Positions 46,895-56,357 of a DNA stretch of 64,000 nt are shown here, piece by piece. Both the position numbers and the translations under genes were made by a program. Numbering within the stretch: position 1 is the stretch's first letter; every line of letters begins with the position of its first letter. The stretch comes from an uncultured virus (IMG/VR IMGVR_UViG_3300027828_000031). Lineage: Duplodnaviria > Heunggongvirae > Uroviricota > Caudoviricetes. Where the stretch lies: the IMG/VR virus record IMGVR_UViG_3300027828_000031. One strand, given 5' to 3'. The notes under the pieces are model-generated. The model saw only the letters and a program-made list of their open reading frames with translations, was not told the origin of the DNA and searched no databases.

Positions 46895-47276
46895 TTGGTG
46901 CCACCTGATTAATTGCTATATGGCAATATGGTCTATTTTTATGTAGTCCAATTTTGAACTTGTCATTTTCATATCTTATGCATGCTGTAAATTCAACTCC
47001 AGAATCCATCATTGGTGCTAGAATCTCAGCATAATCCTTGCCAATATAACCGATCTGTTTTAATTGATTGTCCTGATCTTCCATGTCATAGTGCATTACC
47101 ATAACCGCATTAACATCATATTTGTTAGTTGGCTCACGTTTCAATATAATTGCTGGTGGGAAACCATTGGCTTGAATTTTGTCTATCATCTCACTGATAT
47201 ATTCCCTTCTACTAGTACCATTTTCATTCTTGAAAGTTACACCTACTACGTTTACCGCTAAATCTTTTACTGACAT
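46887..47276 (-). CDS. HIRAN domain protein
   Basis: VVGVTF, LKREPTNKYDVNAV, IGYI. Confidence 0.85.
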   Translation of the reverse strand: MSVKDLAVNVVGVTFKNENGTSRREYISEMIDKIQANGFPPAIILKREPTNKYDVNAVMVMHYDMEDQDNQLKQIGYIGKDYAEILAPMMDSGVEFTACIRYENDKFKIGLHKNRPYCHIAINQVAPNE

Positions 47277-47290
47277 CTTGTTTCCTCCTT

Positions 47291-50263
47291 TTAATAGTTA
47301 AATTCTTTATATTTTAGGTCGCCTCCGATTAATTTTACGAAGTCGATTATCCTATTATTTAGCCCGATCGTTTGTGGGCACTTCATTTCGATTACTGTTC
47401 CACGTACAATACATGTAAATATTACCTCAGTCAATCCTTGATGTTCATAGAACATCTTATTTAATTCTAGTATATCTTCATAATTTATTGAATTTGGTAA
47501 GTAGATGTGACATTCTGGACAATCTCTAATACCATCATTTGTCATTGGTCTAATATATAAGCCCTCAAGCGATGGTTTACCATGATAGGGCTTGCCAACC
47601 CTACATTTCATTGCTACTGGTACATTTAAGTCACTAATATATTGATGAAATGTCTTCCATAGATCCGGAAATACCGTACAACTATATTGCATAAACTCTG
47701 TTTCTACTGTAATAAAGCCCATCTTCTTGCCTTTGTTGCGACCATCCTTTGTAATAGTATGCTCATGTTTATCTACCAGATATCCTGCAATATAAACCTC
47801 AGTTCCTACTTGGAAATCAGCAATATCTTCATCTTCAAGTGAATTCCATCGATACATCTCATCACGATACCTGTCAATTGGATGCGCCGATATAAAGAAA
47901 CTAAGTACTTCATTTTCCCATTCTGCATATGTGATTGGATCTTCTTCAATCTCTTCTAAAGATGCTAGTGGTGCGTTTATCCGTATTAACTGCATTACAT
48001 CATCATATGTCGGATAATAATCACCAGCTACACGCTTCTTTTTGCGCTTCCACTTATTAATTTTATCATTAATCTCTCTACATCCAGCCGCCATGGTCAT
48101 TCTATTTGGGAATTTGTGTACTCCAGCTTGCAATAAGTCATCAAATGCGCCACACTTAACCAGCGCTTCTACTGCAGTTCCATTAACCGCGCCGCCAGCG
48201 ACCCTTAATCTAAAGTCTTCAAATGAGATATATGGTCCATTCAAGTCTATATCTTTCAGGATTGCCTCAACTGTCTTAGGTCCGATACCAGATATAGCTT
48301 GCATACCAAATCTAATAATATTCTTATCTGTCATAGTAAACTTGGTTGCACCTGATGATACCAATGGTGATAATAGATTAATCTGTTCATTATTTCTGGT
48401 CATATCTTTAATAACAAGCATCTGTTTCTTTGGTTTATTGCCAACAATCAATGAATTTAATTCTGCTGTATAAAAACAATCTGCATATTTAGATTTAGCT
48501 ATTGCACCACGTCTCATATTTTCTGCATATTCAACAGCATGAGCGCGGTTGAATCCATATCTACCAAACGTTCTGATTTGATCCTTTGCAATTTGAATAA
48601 TTGAATCTTTTTGCTGTGGAGTTAGACTCTTGGTTGTGAAATTATGTTCCCTAGCCGCATCTCCTAACCATTCTAATTCACTGTCGATTAGAGCCATATT
48701 CTTTTTACCAACTGCCTTACGTAGAATATCTGCACGCCCAAGTGAACATCCTGTCATTTGTCTAACACGATAAATAATTTGTTCTTGGAATACCATAATA
48801 CCAAATGTATCTTCTAGATATTCAGCTTCCTCAGGAAAGAGATATACTACCTTATCTTTACCAGATTTACGGTCGATCAGATGCTGTACCATAGTCTTAC
48901 CATCAATTTCTGCATCCAAAGGTCCTGGCCTATATAATGCATTTCCCATTATTATATTCAATTGTGATTGCATACCTATTTCTGGTAATAAATCATAATC
49001 AACCATTTGTGGTATAAAGCCCATCGATTCTGCTATACTATCTGCATCATAAAGATCTTTCATTAGTTGCGTAAATCCACCAGATTCGCACTGAAATATT
49101 GATTTTGTATTTCCATCTCTAAATAACTGTTTTACATCATGATCTCCTAGAGGTGTTGATTTATATGCAAATTCAGGATCATACCAGTGCTGTACTAGCT
49201 TCTCTGCGTCAAAATTAACATCTACAGTTCTAAGGCCTAATGCATCCAATTTAAGGTATCCAAAATCTTCTGCACGCATCATATCAAATTGCATCGCGGT
49301 CACATATTTACCACTACTATCTTTATAATAGATTAATGGCACATTTTCGCTCAACACCTTAGGTGATATAATAACACCAGCGGCATGGACTGATGGACTC
49401 TTCTTGAGACCATATAGTCTCTTGATAACATTTATTACTCTATCGCCATCCCACTTTGATAGGAAAGTGAATCTTACTGAACATAAAGGATTAGGATCAG
49501 TCTTGATTGCGGCAAATTTCTCCATCTGTTCATCGTTTAACATATCAATGAATTTGTCATTATCAAATAATTGACCATATGTTTGCTTATCTGCTATAAC
49601 CTCAATATCTGGATACGATATATTATGTACCGCATTTATAAAATCTTCATTGTCTAGTAATTCTTCAAGGTCACAGCCTTCACCAAATGTATCTTTGACT
49701 TCATCTATGACCACTTCTGCGACTCTGGCTGATTTTAATACGTCACTTACTACTGAATTAGCACCAAAAGTCTGAAATGTGATTATCTGGGAAACCTTAT
49801 CTGCACCATTCTTCCATGCAATATAATCTACTACAATATGGCGATAGCGTTGGGATATATCAAAATCAATGTCTGGAGGGGCTATTCGTTCTGAGTTTAA
49901 GAATCTCTCGAAAATTAGCTTATATTCAATTGGACAAAATTCATGGATACCAATGGCATAACATGCTATAGACCCACCCACAGATCCACGGCCTGGTCCT
50001 AATGGGATTACTCCATATTCGGGCAATTCATGACCGCGCAACTCACAGAATTCCTTAACACGTTTCTCATCTCTACAGAAGTCATGAATGTCCCATACAT
50101 TTAATATATAATCTTGAAAATTGTTTTCCTCTATAATTACACGTTTTTCGACTTCATATCTCTTAACTACTTCATCATTCTGTTGCCAATTCGGTCCGTA
50201 TTTCTCAACGAATCCCTTCTCGACTATGTGCATCAGGAATCTGCCTTGTTTGTTTATTTCCAT
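47291..50263 (-). CDS. dnaE: DNA polymerase III alpha (DnaE), catalytic/HhH/OB part, lacking the PHP domain
   Basis: GPGRGSVGGS, FERFL, PDIDFD, HAAG, KLDALGL, YGFNRAHA, HP, OB fold. Confidence 0.93.
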   Translation of the reverse strand: MEINKQGRFLMHIVEKGFVEKYGPNWQQNDEVVKRYEVEKRVIIEENNFQDYILNVWDIHDFCRDEKRVKEFCELRGHELPEYGVIPLGPGRGSVGGSIACYAIGIHEFCPIEYKLIFERFLNSERIAPPDIDFDISQRYRHIVVDYIAWKNGADKVSQIITFQTFGANSVVSDVLKSARVAEVVIDEVKDTFGEGCDLEELLDNEDFINAVHNISYPDIEVIADKQTYGQLFDNDKFIDMLNDEQMEKFAAIKTDPNPLCSVRFTFLSKWDGDRVINVIKRLYGLKKSPSVHAAGVIISPKVLSENVPLIYYKDSSGKYVTAMQFDMMRAEDFGYLKLDALGLRTVDVNFDAEKLVQHWYDPEFAYKSTPLGDHDVKQLFRDGNTKSIFQCESGGFTQLMKDLYDADSIAESMGFIPQMVDYDLLPEIGMQSQLNIIMGNALYRPGPLDAEIDGKTMVQHLIDRKSGKDKVVYLFPEEAEYLEDTFGIMVFQEQIIYRVRQMTGCSLGRADILRKAVGKKNMALIDSELEWLGDAAREHNFTTKSLTPQQKDSIIQIAKDQIRTFGRYGFNRAHAVEYAENMRRGAIAKSKYADCFYTAELNSLIVGNKPKKQMLVIKDMTRNNEQINLLSPLVSSGATKFTMTDKNIIRFGMQAISGIGPKTVEAILKDIDLNGPYISFEDFRLRVAGGAVNGTAVEALVKCGAFDDLLQAGVHKFPNRMTMAAGCREINDKINKWKRKKKRVAGDYYPTYDDVMQLIRINAPLASLEEIEEDPITYAEWENEVLSFFISAHPIDRYRDEMYRWNSLEDEDIADFQVGTEVYIAGYLVDKHEHTITKDGRNKGKKMGFITVETEFMQYSCTVFPDLWKTFHQYISDLNVPVAMKCRVGKPYHGKPSLEGLYIRPMTNDGIRDCPECHIYLPNSINYEDILELNKMFYEHQGLTEVIFTCIVRGTVIEMKCPQTIGLNNRIIDFVKLIGGDLKYKEFNY

Positions 50264-50864
50264 TCAATTGTCCTCCGAGTTTGTTAAATATATCATCAAT
50301 TTTACTGCCAGTACCATCCAATGATGGTTGAATAACTATTGACAAGACATCATCCCCACCTAGCTTTTCCCATATCGGCTGTAAATGATCAGGCCTGTTG
50401 TTATACATTTTCTCCAGCACAACTGTTCGATATCTCTCATGGCTTTGTGCCTGTTTAGTACAATCTGTGCTAATAGACATATAACCCATAGTCTTTATTG
50501 CGAATTCTGAATATTTGATACGCCATTGGTCTAAATCAACCACATCATTATTCTTAACATTCATAATCTGATTAATCTTGCCACATACCTCACTATATAC
50601 CTCTTTGGTTGTACACTGAATATGCAAGATCTTGTTTGTTAGGTGTTGCTTCCGTTCTCCGATCTGAAAGACATTAACGAGTAGGTCTTGTTTGATTGGA
50701 ACGCCATTTCGCGCTATTGGTGTCGATGGTCGACGCGGTTCTGGTGTTTCAATGTCTGATTCAACCAATTGATTTGTCGAGGGTTCTTCTGGTAATTTAA
50801 TATCTCTAAGATTCACTGTTGGCCTCCGTTTCTTTTTGAACAAACCTGACATTATGTTCATCAT
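50205..50864 (-). CDS. Hypothetical protein between the dnaE halves
   Basis: RBS AAGGAG; operon packing. Confidence 0.65.
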   Translation of the reverse strand: MMNIMSGLFKKKRRPTVNLRDIKLPEEPSTNQLVESDIETPEPRRPSTPIARNGVPIKQDLLVNVFQIGERKQHLTNKILHIQCTTKEVYSEVCGKINQIMNVKNNDVVDLDQWRIKYSEFAIKTMGYMSISTDCTKQAQSHERYRTVVLEKMYNNRPDHLQPIWEKLGGDDVLSIVIQPSLDGTGSKIDDIFNKLGGQLNGNKQTRQIPDAHSREGIR

Positions 50865-51105
50865 TATTTCTCTCCTTATATGGTATTATATCATGTGTTA
50901 CACCTGTATTGTCAGTAATAGTCAAATATATATCATCAATACTAAATGTTTCACTAGTATCGTCAACGATTGCTTCGATTGATTCTCTTAAGCATTTAAT
51001 ATTATTGTCGTTTATTGCCTTACCCTTATATTGCTGTAGCACCGTTCTGATTTCTCCCTCTATATCTCTATCGTCCGTTGGTGCTATGGTTATATTTAAT
51101 CCCAT
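50806..51105 (-). CDS. Hypothetical protein between the dnaE halves
   Basis: RBS GGAGGAG. Confidence 0.6.
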   Translation of the reverse strand: MGLNITIAPTDDRDIEGEIRTVLQQYKGKAINDNNIKCLRESIEAIVDDTSETFSIDDIYLTITDNTGVTHDIIPYKERNNDEHNVRFVQKETEANSES

Positions 51106-52097
51106 TGTTCCACTCCTCCATTCTCAAACCACTCTGGCACACTGAATTTTGGTGTAAAGATTTCCTTTGATGGTTTTAACACATTGCCATCACATCTGTT
51201 GGCTATAATCATGGTATTTTTAATATATTCATCTTTAAACGATGTTCTCAACTCATTTGCAGACAATATATGATATCCTTTCCCTTTAAAGCCAAATGTA
51301 TTAGGGTGGTCAGTTTCCTTATTAAAATTGATTGCTAGGAGATTTGCATGTGCATCCATATCATCTTTATATCTATAGTGCGCGTCTGTAGCCGCAATAA
51401 TCGTAATACCCATTGATTCTGCTATGCCTACCTTCTGGTCGTTAACAGTATTCTCATCAGGTATGTCATGATTATGATATTCTAATATAAAATCATCACC
51501 AAATCTAGACTGGAACCAGTTTAACATTGCCATGGTACCGCCAAAATCTTCCTTGAGTATCATTTGGTCAACTGGTCCACCAATACAGGCTCCACTCCAG
51601 ATAATGTCGTCTCCATATTTGTCAATCAATTCCAAATCAATACGTGGCTCATGATAGAATCCTTCATAATATGAGTACCACATCAATGAACATAGATTCT
51701 GGTAGCCCTTCCAATTCTTCGCCCATGCATTAAGATGATAATATGCCTCACCACGCCTCTCAAATGATTTATAATGTCTGGAATTAATCATGAGACCATT
51801 GTTCCATACCCAATCATCCTGATTATAATCTTGTTTTGGCTGTGCCGCCATATAGAATTCACATCCTATAATATGCTTCATCCCAAATGCATAAGCCGCC
51901 AGTGCTAAATCACCATGTGCCGACATAACGCCATGATCTGTGGCAGTTATGATGCCATGTCCCCGTTCTTCTGCTATTTGAATAATATCTTCTTTAACTT
52001 TCTTGGGTTCATCATGATCCAGTGTTCTGATCATACCGTCTTTATTAGAATATTCCGTATGTAGATGCATATCCACGAAATCAATCTTATTCTCCAT
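51096..52097 (-). CDS. dnaE: Stand-alone PHP domain of DNA polymerase III alpha
   Basis: HLHTEYS..DG, TDHG, GCEFY, HLNAWAKN..GYQNL, ACIGG, TDAHY. Confidence 0.9.
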   Translation of the reverse strand: MENKIDFVDMHLHTEYSNKDGMIRTLDHDEPKKVKEDIIQIAEERGHGIITATDHGVMSAHGDLALAAYAFGMKHIIGCEFYMAAQPKQDYNQDDWVWNNGLMINSRHYKSFERRGEAYYHLNAWAKNWKGYQNLCSLMWYSYYEGFYHEPRIDLELIDKYGDDIIWSGACIGGPVDQMILKEDFGGTMAMLNWFQSRFGDDFILEYHNHDIPDENTVNDQKVGIAESMGITIIAATDAHYRYKDDMDAHANLLAINFNKETDHPNTFGFKGKGYHILSANELRTSFKDEYIKNTMIIANRCDGNVLKPSKEIFTPKFSVPEWFENGGVEQWD

Positions 52098-52839
52098 ATA
52101 TTACATCCTCCCAATCTGGCACCGTGTTGTCGATATGGTCATATAACCTTGCTTTCAGTTTCTTCGTGAGTTGTATTATCCTTTGCTTAGAAATGTCAAG
52201 TTCTCTGGCAGTAGTAGTCTGAGCTTTGCCTTCAATAATAGATTTTAGAATATATTCATCTCTTTCACTTAAATCCATATTATTTACCGCCAGCTTCACT
52301 GCTAATAGTACACCCTCAATATGTTTGTCACGCTCATTGTTAATTATTTCTTCTTCTGCTGTAGGATATGCTGATTGGTTGTTTACATTTGGATGCCTTC
52401 TTGTATATGTTTCGAATGTCTCTTCATTAGACATGTCATCATATTCCTTCATTAATTGGTATCTCTTATTATCTTTAACTTTACTTTGATAAATATATCT
52501 GACTCTACTGTCCAAGTGTGATTGAATGAAATTATTATATGTGGCTTGTCCATCAATCTCATATTTAAATTTAGTATAATGCCACATCCAATATCTAATG
52601 TCTGCTAGTATATCATTCCAGCCAATAATCACTGTGCCGTTGTTATACTTAATAGACCATTTCTTGCAGATCGTCAATAATAGTGGCTTAAATATATCGA
52701 GGAGGAAGGTCATTCCCTCCTCCTCCAAGACAGCATCTCCAGACTGAACCTTGACTACCGCATCATTAATATTATCAATTTTTTCGCATTCGCCTCGTTT
52801 CAGTCTAGTCATATTAGTTACCCGTACTTCCGAAGCCAC
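52087..52839 (-). CDS. Sigma70-family RNA polymerase sigma factor
   Basis: Region-2-like N-half; region 4 LSERDEYIL...TARELDISKQRIIQ. Confidence 0.75.
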   Translation of the reverse strand: MASEVRVTNMTRLKRGECEKIDNINDAVVKVQSGDAVLEEEGMTFLLDIFKPLLLTICKKWSIKYNNGTVIIGWNDILADIRYWMWHYTKFKYEIDGQATYNNFIQSHLDSRVRYIYQSKVKDNKRYQLMKEYDDMSNEETFETYTRRHPNVNNQSAYPTAEEEIINNERDKHIEGVLLAVKLAVNNMDLSERDEYILKSIIEGKAQTTTARELDISKQRIIQLTKKLKARLYDHIDNTVPDWEDVIYGE

Positions 52840-53332
52840 TGCAATTTCGCTGTGTAATGCCTAAATTATCATGGCAATTAACTTCTATTATATTTGGTGT
52901 ACACTTTTTATGAATTACTAATTGTACTAATCTATCACCATGTTTTATCATAATCTTTTTATCACTTAAATTTGCAATACAAGCAATCAATTCACCTGTA
53001 TATCCTTCATCGATTATTGAATCACCAGATATCATTAATTTCTGATTGGTTGATGATCTACATTCTAATCTACCATAATAGCCCATAGGCATCCTAACAA
53101 ATATACCAGTTGGAATGTTGACCATTTGTTTCTTTGGTAACCAGAAGTACGGCATTGTGTCCATACTTGGTGAAGGCATGATCCCTAATGCAAAACCATC
53201 TGCTTGATGGATTCCAATATGCTCTTGTACTATAGATGGCAGATCATAGCCCACATCACCTTGTTTCTTGACATGTATTAAATCAAATTCTCTAGCCTCT
53301 TCCGTTCTGAACACCTTCAAATCTTGCATCAT
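52814..53332 (-). CDS. dut: Trimeric dUTPase
   Basis: GYDL, RSS, IIDEGYTGE, GDRLVQ, GFGSTG. Confidence 0.88.
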   Translation of the reverse strand: MMQDLKVFRTEEAREFDLIHVKKQGDVGYDLPSIVQEHIGIHQADGFALGIMPSPSMDTMPYFWLPKKQMVNIPTGIFVRMPMGYYGRLECRSSTNQKLMISGDSIIDEGYTGELIACIANLSDKKIMIKHGDRLVQLVIHKKCTPNIIEVNCHDNLGITQRNCSGFGSTGN

Positions 53333-55270
53333 CTATTCCTCCTCATGCCAATCTTTACAGACTCTTAATTCTGCATCATAATTTCGTCTAGTTGGGTTCC
53401 AACATTCTTCAAATGAATAATACCCTATCACTCGATTCATTGCTGTTTTAATTGGTGCTCCACAATCAGGGCATTCTCTAGACTGTCCGATTATGTTTGT
53501 GTGTCCATTTATACATTTACCTGTTCTAAAACAGATCCCAACATGATTAACACCAGATTGAGCACACAATTTAAATAGTTGATACATCATTTTTGCTGAA
53601 TGCAGTCTATCTTCAAAGTTCAAATGAACAATACCACCACCTGAAATTATGCTCATGAATCTACCTGCGATATCAATTCTATCGAAGATATCAACATCAG
53701 CAATTAATGGAACATATTGATTACTATAAAGATTGGTTGCTATGTCATATCCAAATGTTCTATCTTTCTTAACTAGTGTAACACAAGTTTGTTCACCTGG
53801 AATTTCTTCAATGTTATAAGCCCAACCATCTTCTTTGCGATATTCCTTTGTCTTTTCACGCATGAATGAGAATATATCTTGAGCAATCTCGGTGCCGTTA
53901 TCATCTATGATATCATATCCAAGATATTCTACCATTTCCTTAGCACCCGTAATACCAAATGTTGAGAACATCGTATCCAATGAGAACCAGCCCGTACCGC
54001 CGCCTTCACGATCTCCGAAGAACTTGAGATATTTAGGTGTACGATCAATTCTCTTTTGTAAGACATCTATTCTATGAATCTTTAATAATCTTCGTGCTGT
54101 ATCCATTCTGTGTGTTAATAGCTCTTCTATAGACCCCTGACCTGCATTTGAGTCTAATGCTAATCTAGGTAGATTGATTGTTACTACTCTATGAGATCCA
54201 ATATTAACCCCGCCATTTCCAAAGCTATCTGGTGACATATCCATATCATCTAGATCATTCTCATATCTACAACACATTGCCAACTTGGATTTCTTGCCAA
54301 AATGGATATTGAAATTACCCAAATTCATATTGGTTTCTGCCGCCCACTGTGCGAACTCTTCATCGATGAATTCTTTCTTATCGCCGATCGTGATGTTCAT
54401 TGTTACTACTGGAAATCTGTATGGGAATCCAGTAATTGGATCACCATTTTTGAACCACTCACAGAATATCTTCTGTAATTCCATGATATAGTCTATATCT
54501 GGCTTGCTACCATCAGGATAGAATACGTGACCAAATAGGCTATTTAGGCCAGATTCATCATAAATACCGAGATTGACGAATGGAGATTCTCCTTCAGATC
54601 TTGATGCGTCATTGAAAAGGACAACCAATGATTGATAATCTTGGATGATTTCTTTCCTATGGGCTGGATTTCTAGGGTCGAGGTTCTCTTTTTGACAGAA
54701 ATGTGCATACCACATGAAGAAGTCTGATGGTGCTGTTGCTCCTGCAAATTGTCTTGACATATCTCCAATGAGCTTGTCGACCTGTGAGATAAATGATCGT
54801 CTGTGCTTCGCTGGTGTATTAATTGATGGTCCATAAGGTCTCCCTTCCACTACCATGCTTGTTAAACTGAATGCATAGCAATACGGTAGTTGTAATTTCT
54901 TGCCGTGTGCGTCATGGAAGTATAATTCTCCGTCCCAAATCGCCGCAATGTCTCTGTTTGCTTGGTCAATACCATATCTCTTCACACCATAATACCATAA
55001 TGTATGATATCCCAATAACTTCATAGGTCCATTCATAAGATGTGCAGAGTATGTTGTTGGATCTTGTATTTCTGTAATATTGCTGTTCTGATCTTGATAG
55101 ACATCTGATAGTCTATTTTGAAAAAATTCTTTACTTGAATTACCGATATCTAATTGATTGGGTGCAATCCCTGTTAATTTTAGTAGATCTAATCCTTTAC
55201 TACTTTGTGTATATGAATCATATAATAATTTAAATTCTCTCTCTACAGTAATACCAGCTATTCTTGACAT
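53333..55270 (-). CDS. nrdD: Anaerobic (class III) ribonucleoside-triphosphate reductase
   Basis: YFHD, PYC, FPVVT, MCCR, TINLPR, CxxGH..CPDCG, RVIGY; RBS AAGGAG before ATG 55270. Confidence 0.93.
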   Translation of the reverse strand: MSRIAGITVEREFKLLYDSYTQSSKGLDLLKLTGIAPNQLDIGNSSKEFFQNRLSDVYQDQNSNITEIQDPTTYSAHLMNGPMKLLGYHTLWYYGVKRYGIDQANRDIAAIWDGELYFHDAHGKKLQLPYCYAFSLTSMVVEGRPYGPSINTPAKHRRSFISQVDKLIGDMSRQFAGATAPSDFFMWYAHFCQKENLDPRNPAHRKEIIQDYQSLVVLFNDASRSEGESPFVNLGIYDESGLNSLFGHVFYPDGSKPDIDYIMELQKIFCEWFKNGDPITGFPYRFPVVTMNITIGDKKEFIDEEFAQWAAETNMNLGNFNIHFGKKSKLAMCCRYENDLDDMDMSPDSFGNGGVNIGSHRVVTINLPRLALDSNAGQGSIEELLTHRMDTARRLLKIHRIDVLQKRIDRTPKYLKFFGDREGGGTGWFSLDTMFSTFGITGAKEMVEYLGYDIIDDNGTEIAQDIFSFMREKTKEYRKEDGWAYNIEEIPGEQTCVTLVKKDRTFGYDIATNLYSNQYVPLIADVDIFDRIDIAGRFMSIISGGGIVHLNFEDRLHSAKMMYQLFKLCAQSGVNHVGICFRTGKCINGHTNIIGQSRECPDCGAPIKTAMNRVIGYYSFEECWNPTRRNYDAELRVCKDWHEEE

Positions 55271-55280
55271 ATTTTCTCCT

Positions 55281-55751
55281 TTAATAACGGATCTCATATA
55301 GTCCACCGTCACGACCTCTCCTCTTAAAGGCCTTTTGGTTTTCTGATGATGGAAATCCGTCTCTTTTTTGATTGTGTCTATACATACCATATTTAATAAA
55401 ATCACATATATTTTCAAGATTTGTTCCAATTGATATACGTGTATATCCAGTATATAATGCTATGTTTCTTTTATAGATATTTCTGAGTTCTGATGCTAGC
55501 AGAAATAGATCAGCATATGATTGGTCAAGTGGTTCTCCGCCTAGAAATACTATCCAATCATTATCGGCAATATTTACAGTCTTTACAATATCATCTATTG
55601 ACATCTCAATGCCATCAAATGATTGTAGTTCTGGATTTTGGCAATCTTTACATCCAATATTGCATCCCTGAAACCATATTGTAGTTACTGCTTCATCCGT
55701 GAATGGTTTACCGTTAGTTATATCGAATTTATCTATTCTCGCTATCTTCAT
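55281..55751 (-). CDS. nrdG: Class III RNR activase (radical SAM)
   Basis: FQGCNIGCKDCQNP, LGGEP, YTGY. Confidence 0.92.
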   Translation of the reverse strand: MKIARIDKFDITNGKPFTDEAVTTIWFQGCNIGCKDCQNPELQSFDGIEMSIDDIVKTVNIADNDWIVFLGGEPLDQSYADLFLLASELRNIYKRNIALYTGYTRISIGTNLENICDFIKYGMYRHNQKRDGFPSSENQKAFKRRGRDGGLYEIRY

Positions 55752-56275
55752 TGGATTGCCTTCTTTATATCAAATACAACATCTTGTAATGCCTGATTTC
55801 CATTGACTACGATCTTTGGTGAGATTTGTCTGATCATCGGCAATGTGACTTCATTATATTTCTCAAATCTGTTAACAATGATTGATAGTATATCATCATT
55901 TCTTTTTCTTTGTGATAGTCGATATCCGCAGACCTCCAGATCTGTGTCAACCAAGATAATAATTGGCTCTGAATTTGTAATGCTCTTTAAGAACAGATAT
56001 TGATCATAGAATCTTGGAAATCCATCTAATACTATCATATTAGCTGTATTGGATGCCGCCACTATTTTAGTCTGTATCTGTGTTCTCATCGCCATTTCAT
56101 TTGCTAGTCCGCCTCTAGCAAGACTATCCGCTGTATTTGTGTCGATTTTTGCTAATTCTCTTGCAATATCACCTGATGATATGTAAATTCCTCCAAGGTC
56201 TGTTGAGAGTTGTCTGCCTATGGCTGATTTACCTGATCCAGGTGGTCCTACAATTACTAAAACTTGTGTATTCAT
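55748..56275 (-). CDS. adk: Adenylate/nucleoside monophosphate kinase
   Basis: GPPGSGKS, ISSGDIAR, LDGFPR, RNDD. Confidence 0.85.
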   Translation of the reverse strand: MNTQVLVIVGPPGSGKSAIGRQLSTDLGGIYISSGDIARELAKIDTNTADSLARGGLANEMAMRTQIQTKIVAASNTANMIVLDGFPRFYDQYLFLKSITNSEPIIILVDTDLEVCGYRLSQRKRNDDILSIIVNRFEKYNEVTLPMIRQISPKIVVNGNQALQDVVFDIKKAIQ

Positions 56276-56357
56276 AATTACTTGCTCCTTTCAAAATCGC
56301 CGCATAGTTGTTATAGTGTTTGAGCCAGCCATCGTAAAGTGATGACCGGCCCGTAAA

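Noticed and set aside
50205..51105. Intein or group I intron with homing endonuclease interrupting dnaE
   Set aside because: No intein termini and no LAGLIDADG, HNH or GIY-YIG motifs; the ORFs are tightly packed with their own RBSs, leaving no room for an intron core.
55270..55429. N-terminal extension of NrdD given in the ORF track
   Set aside because: Overlaps nrdG; the RBS supports the ATG at 55270.
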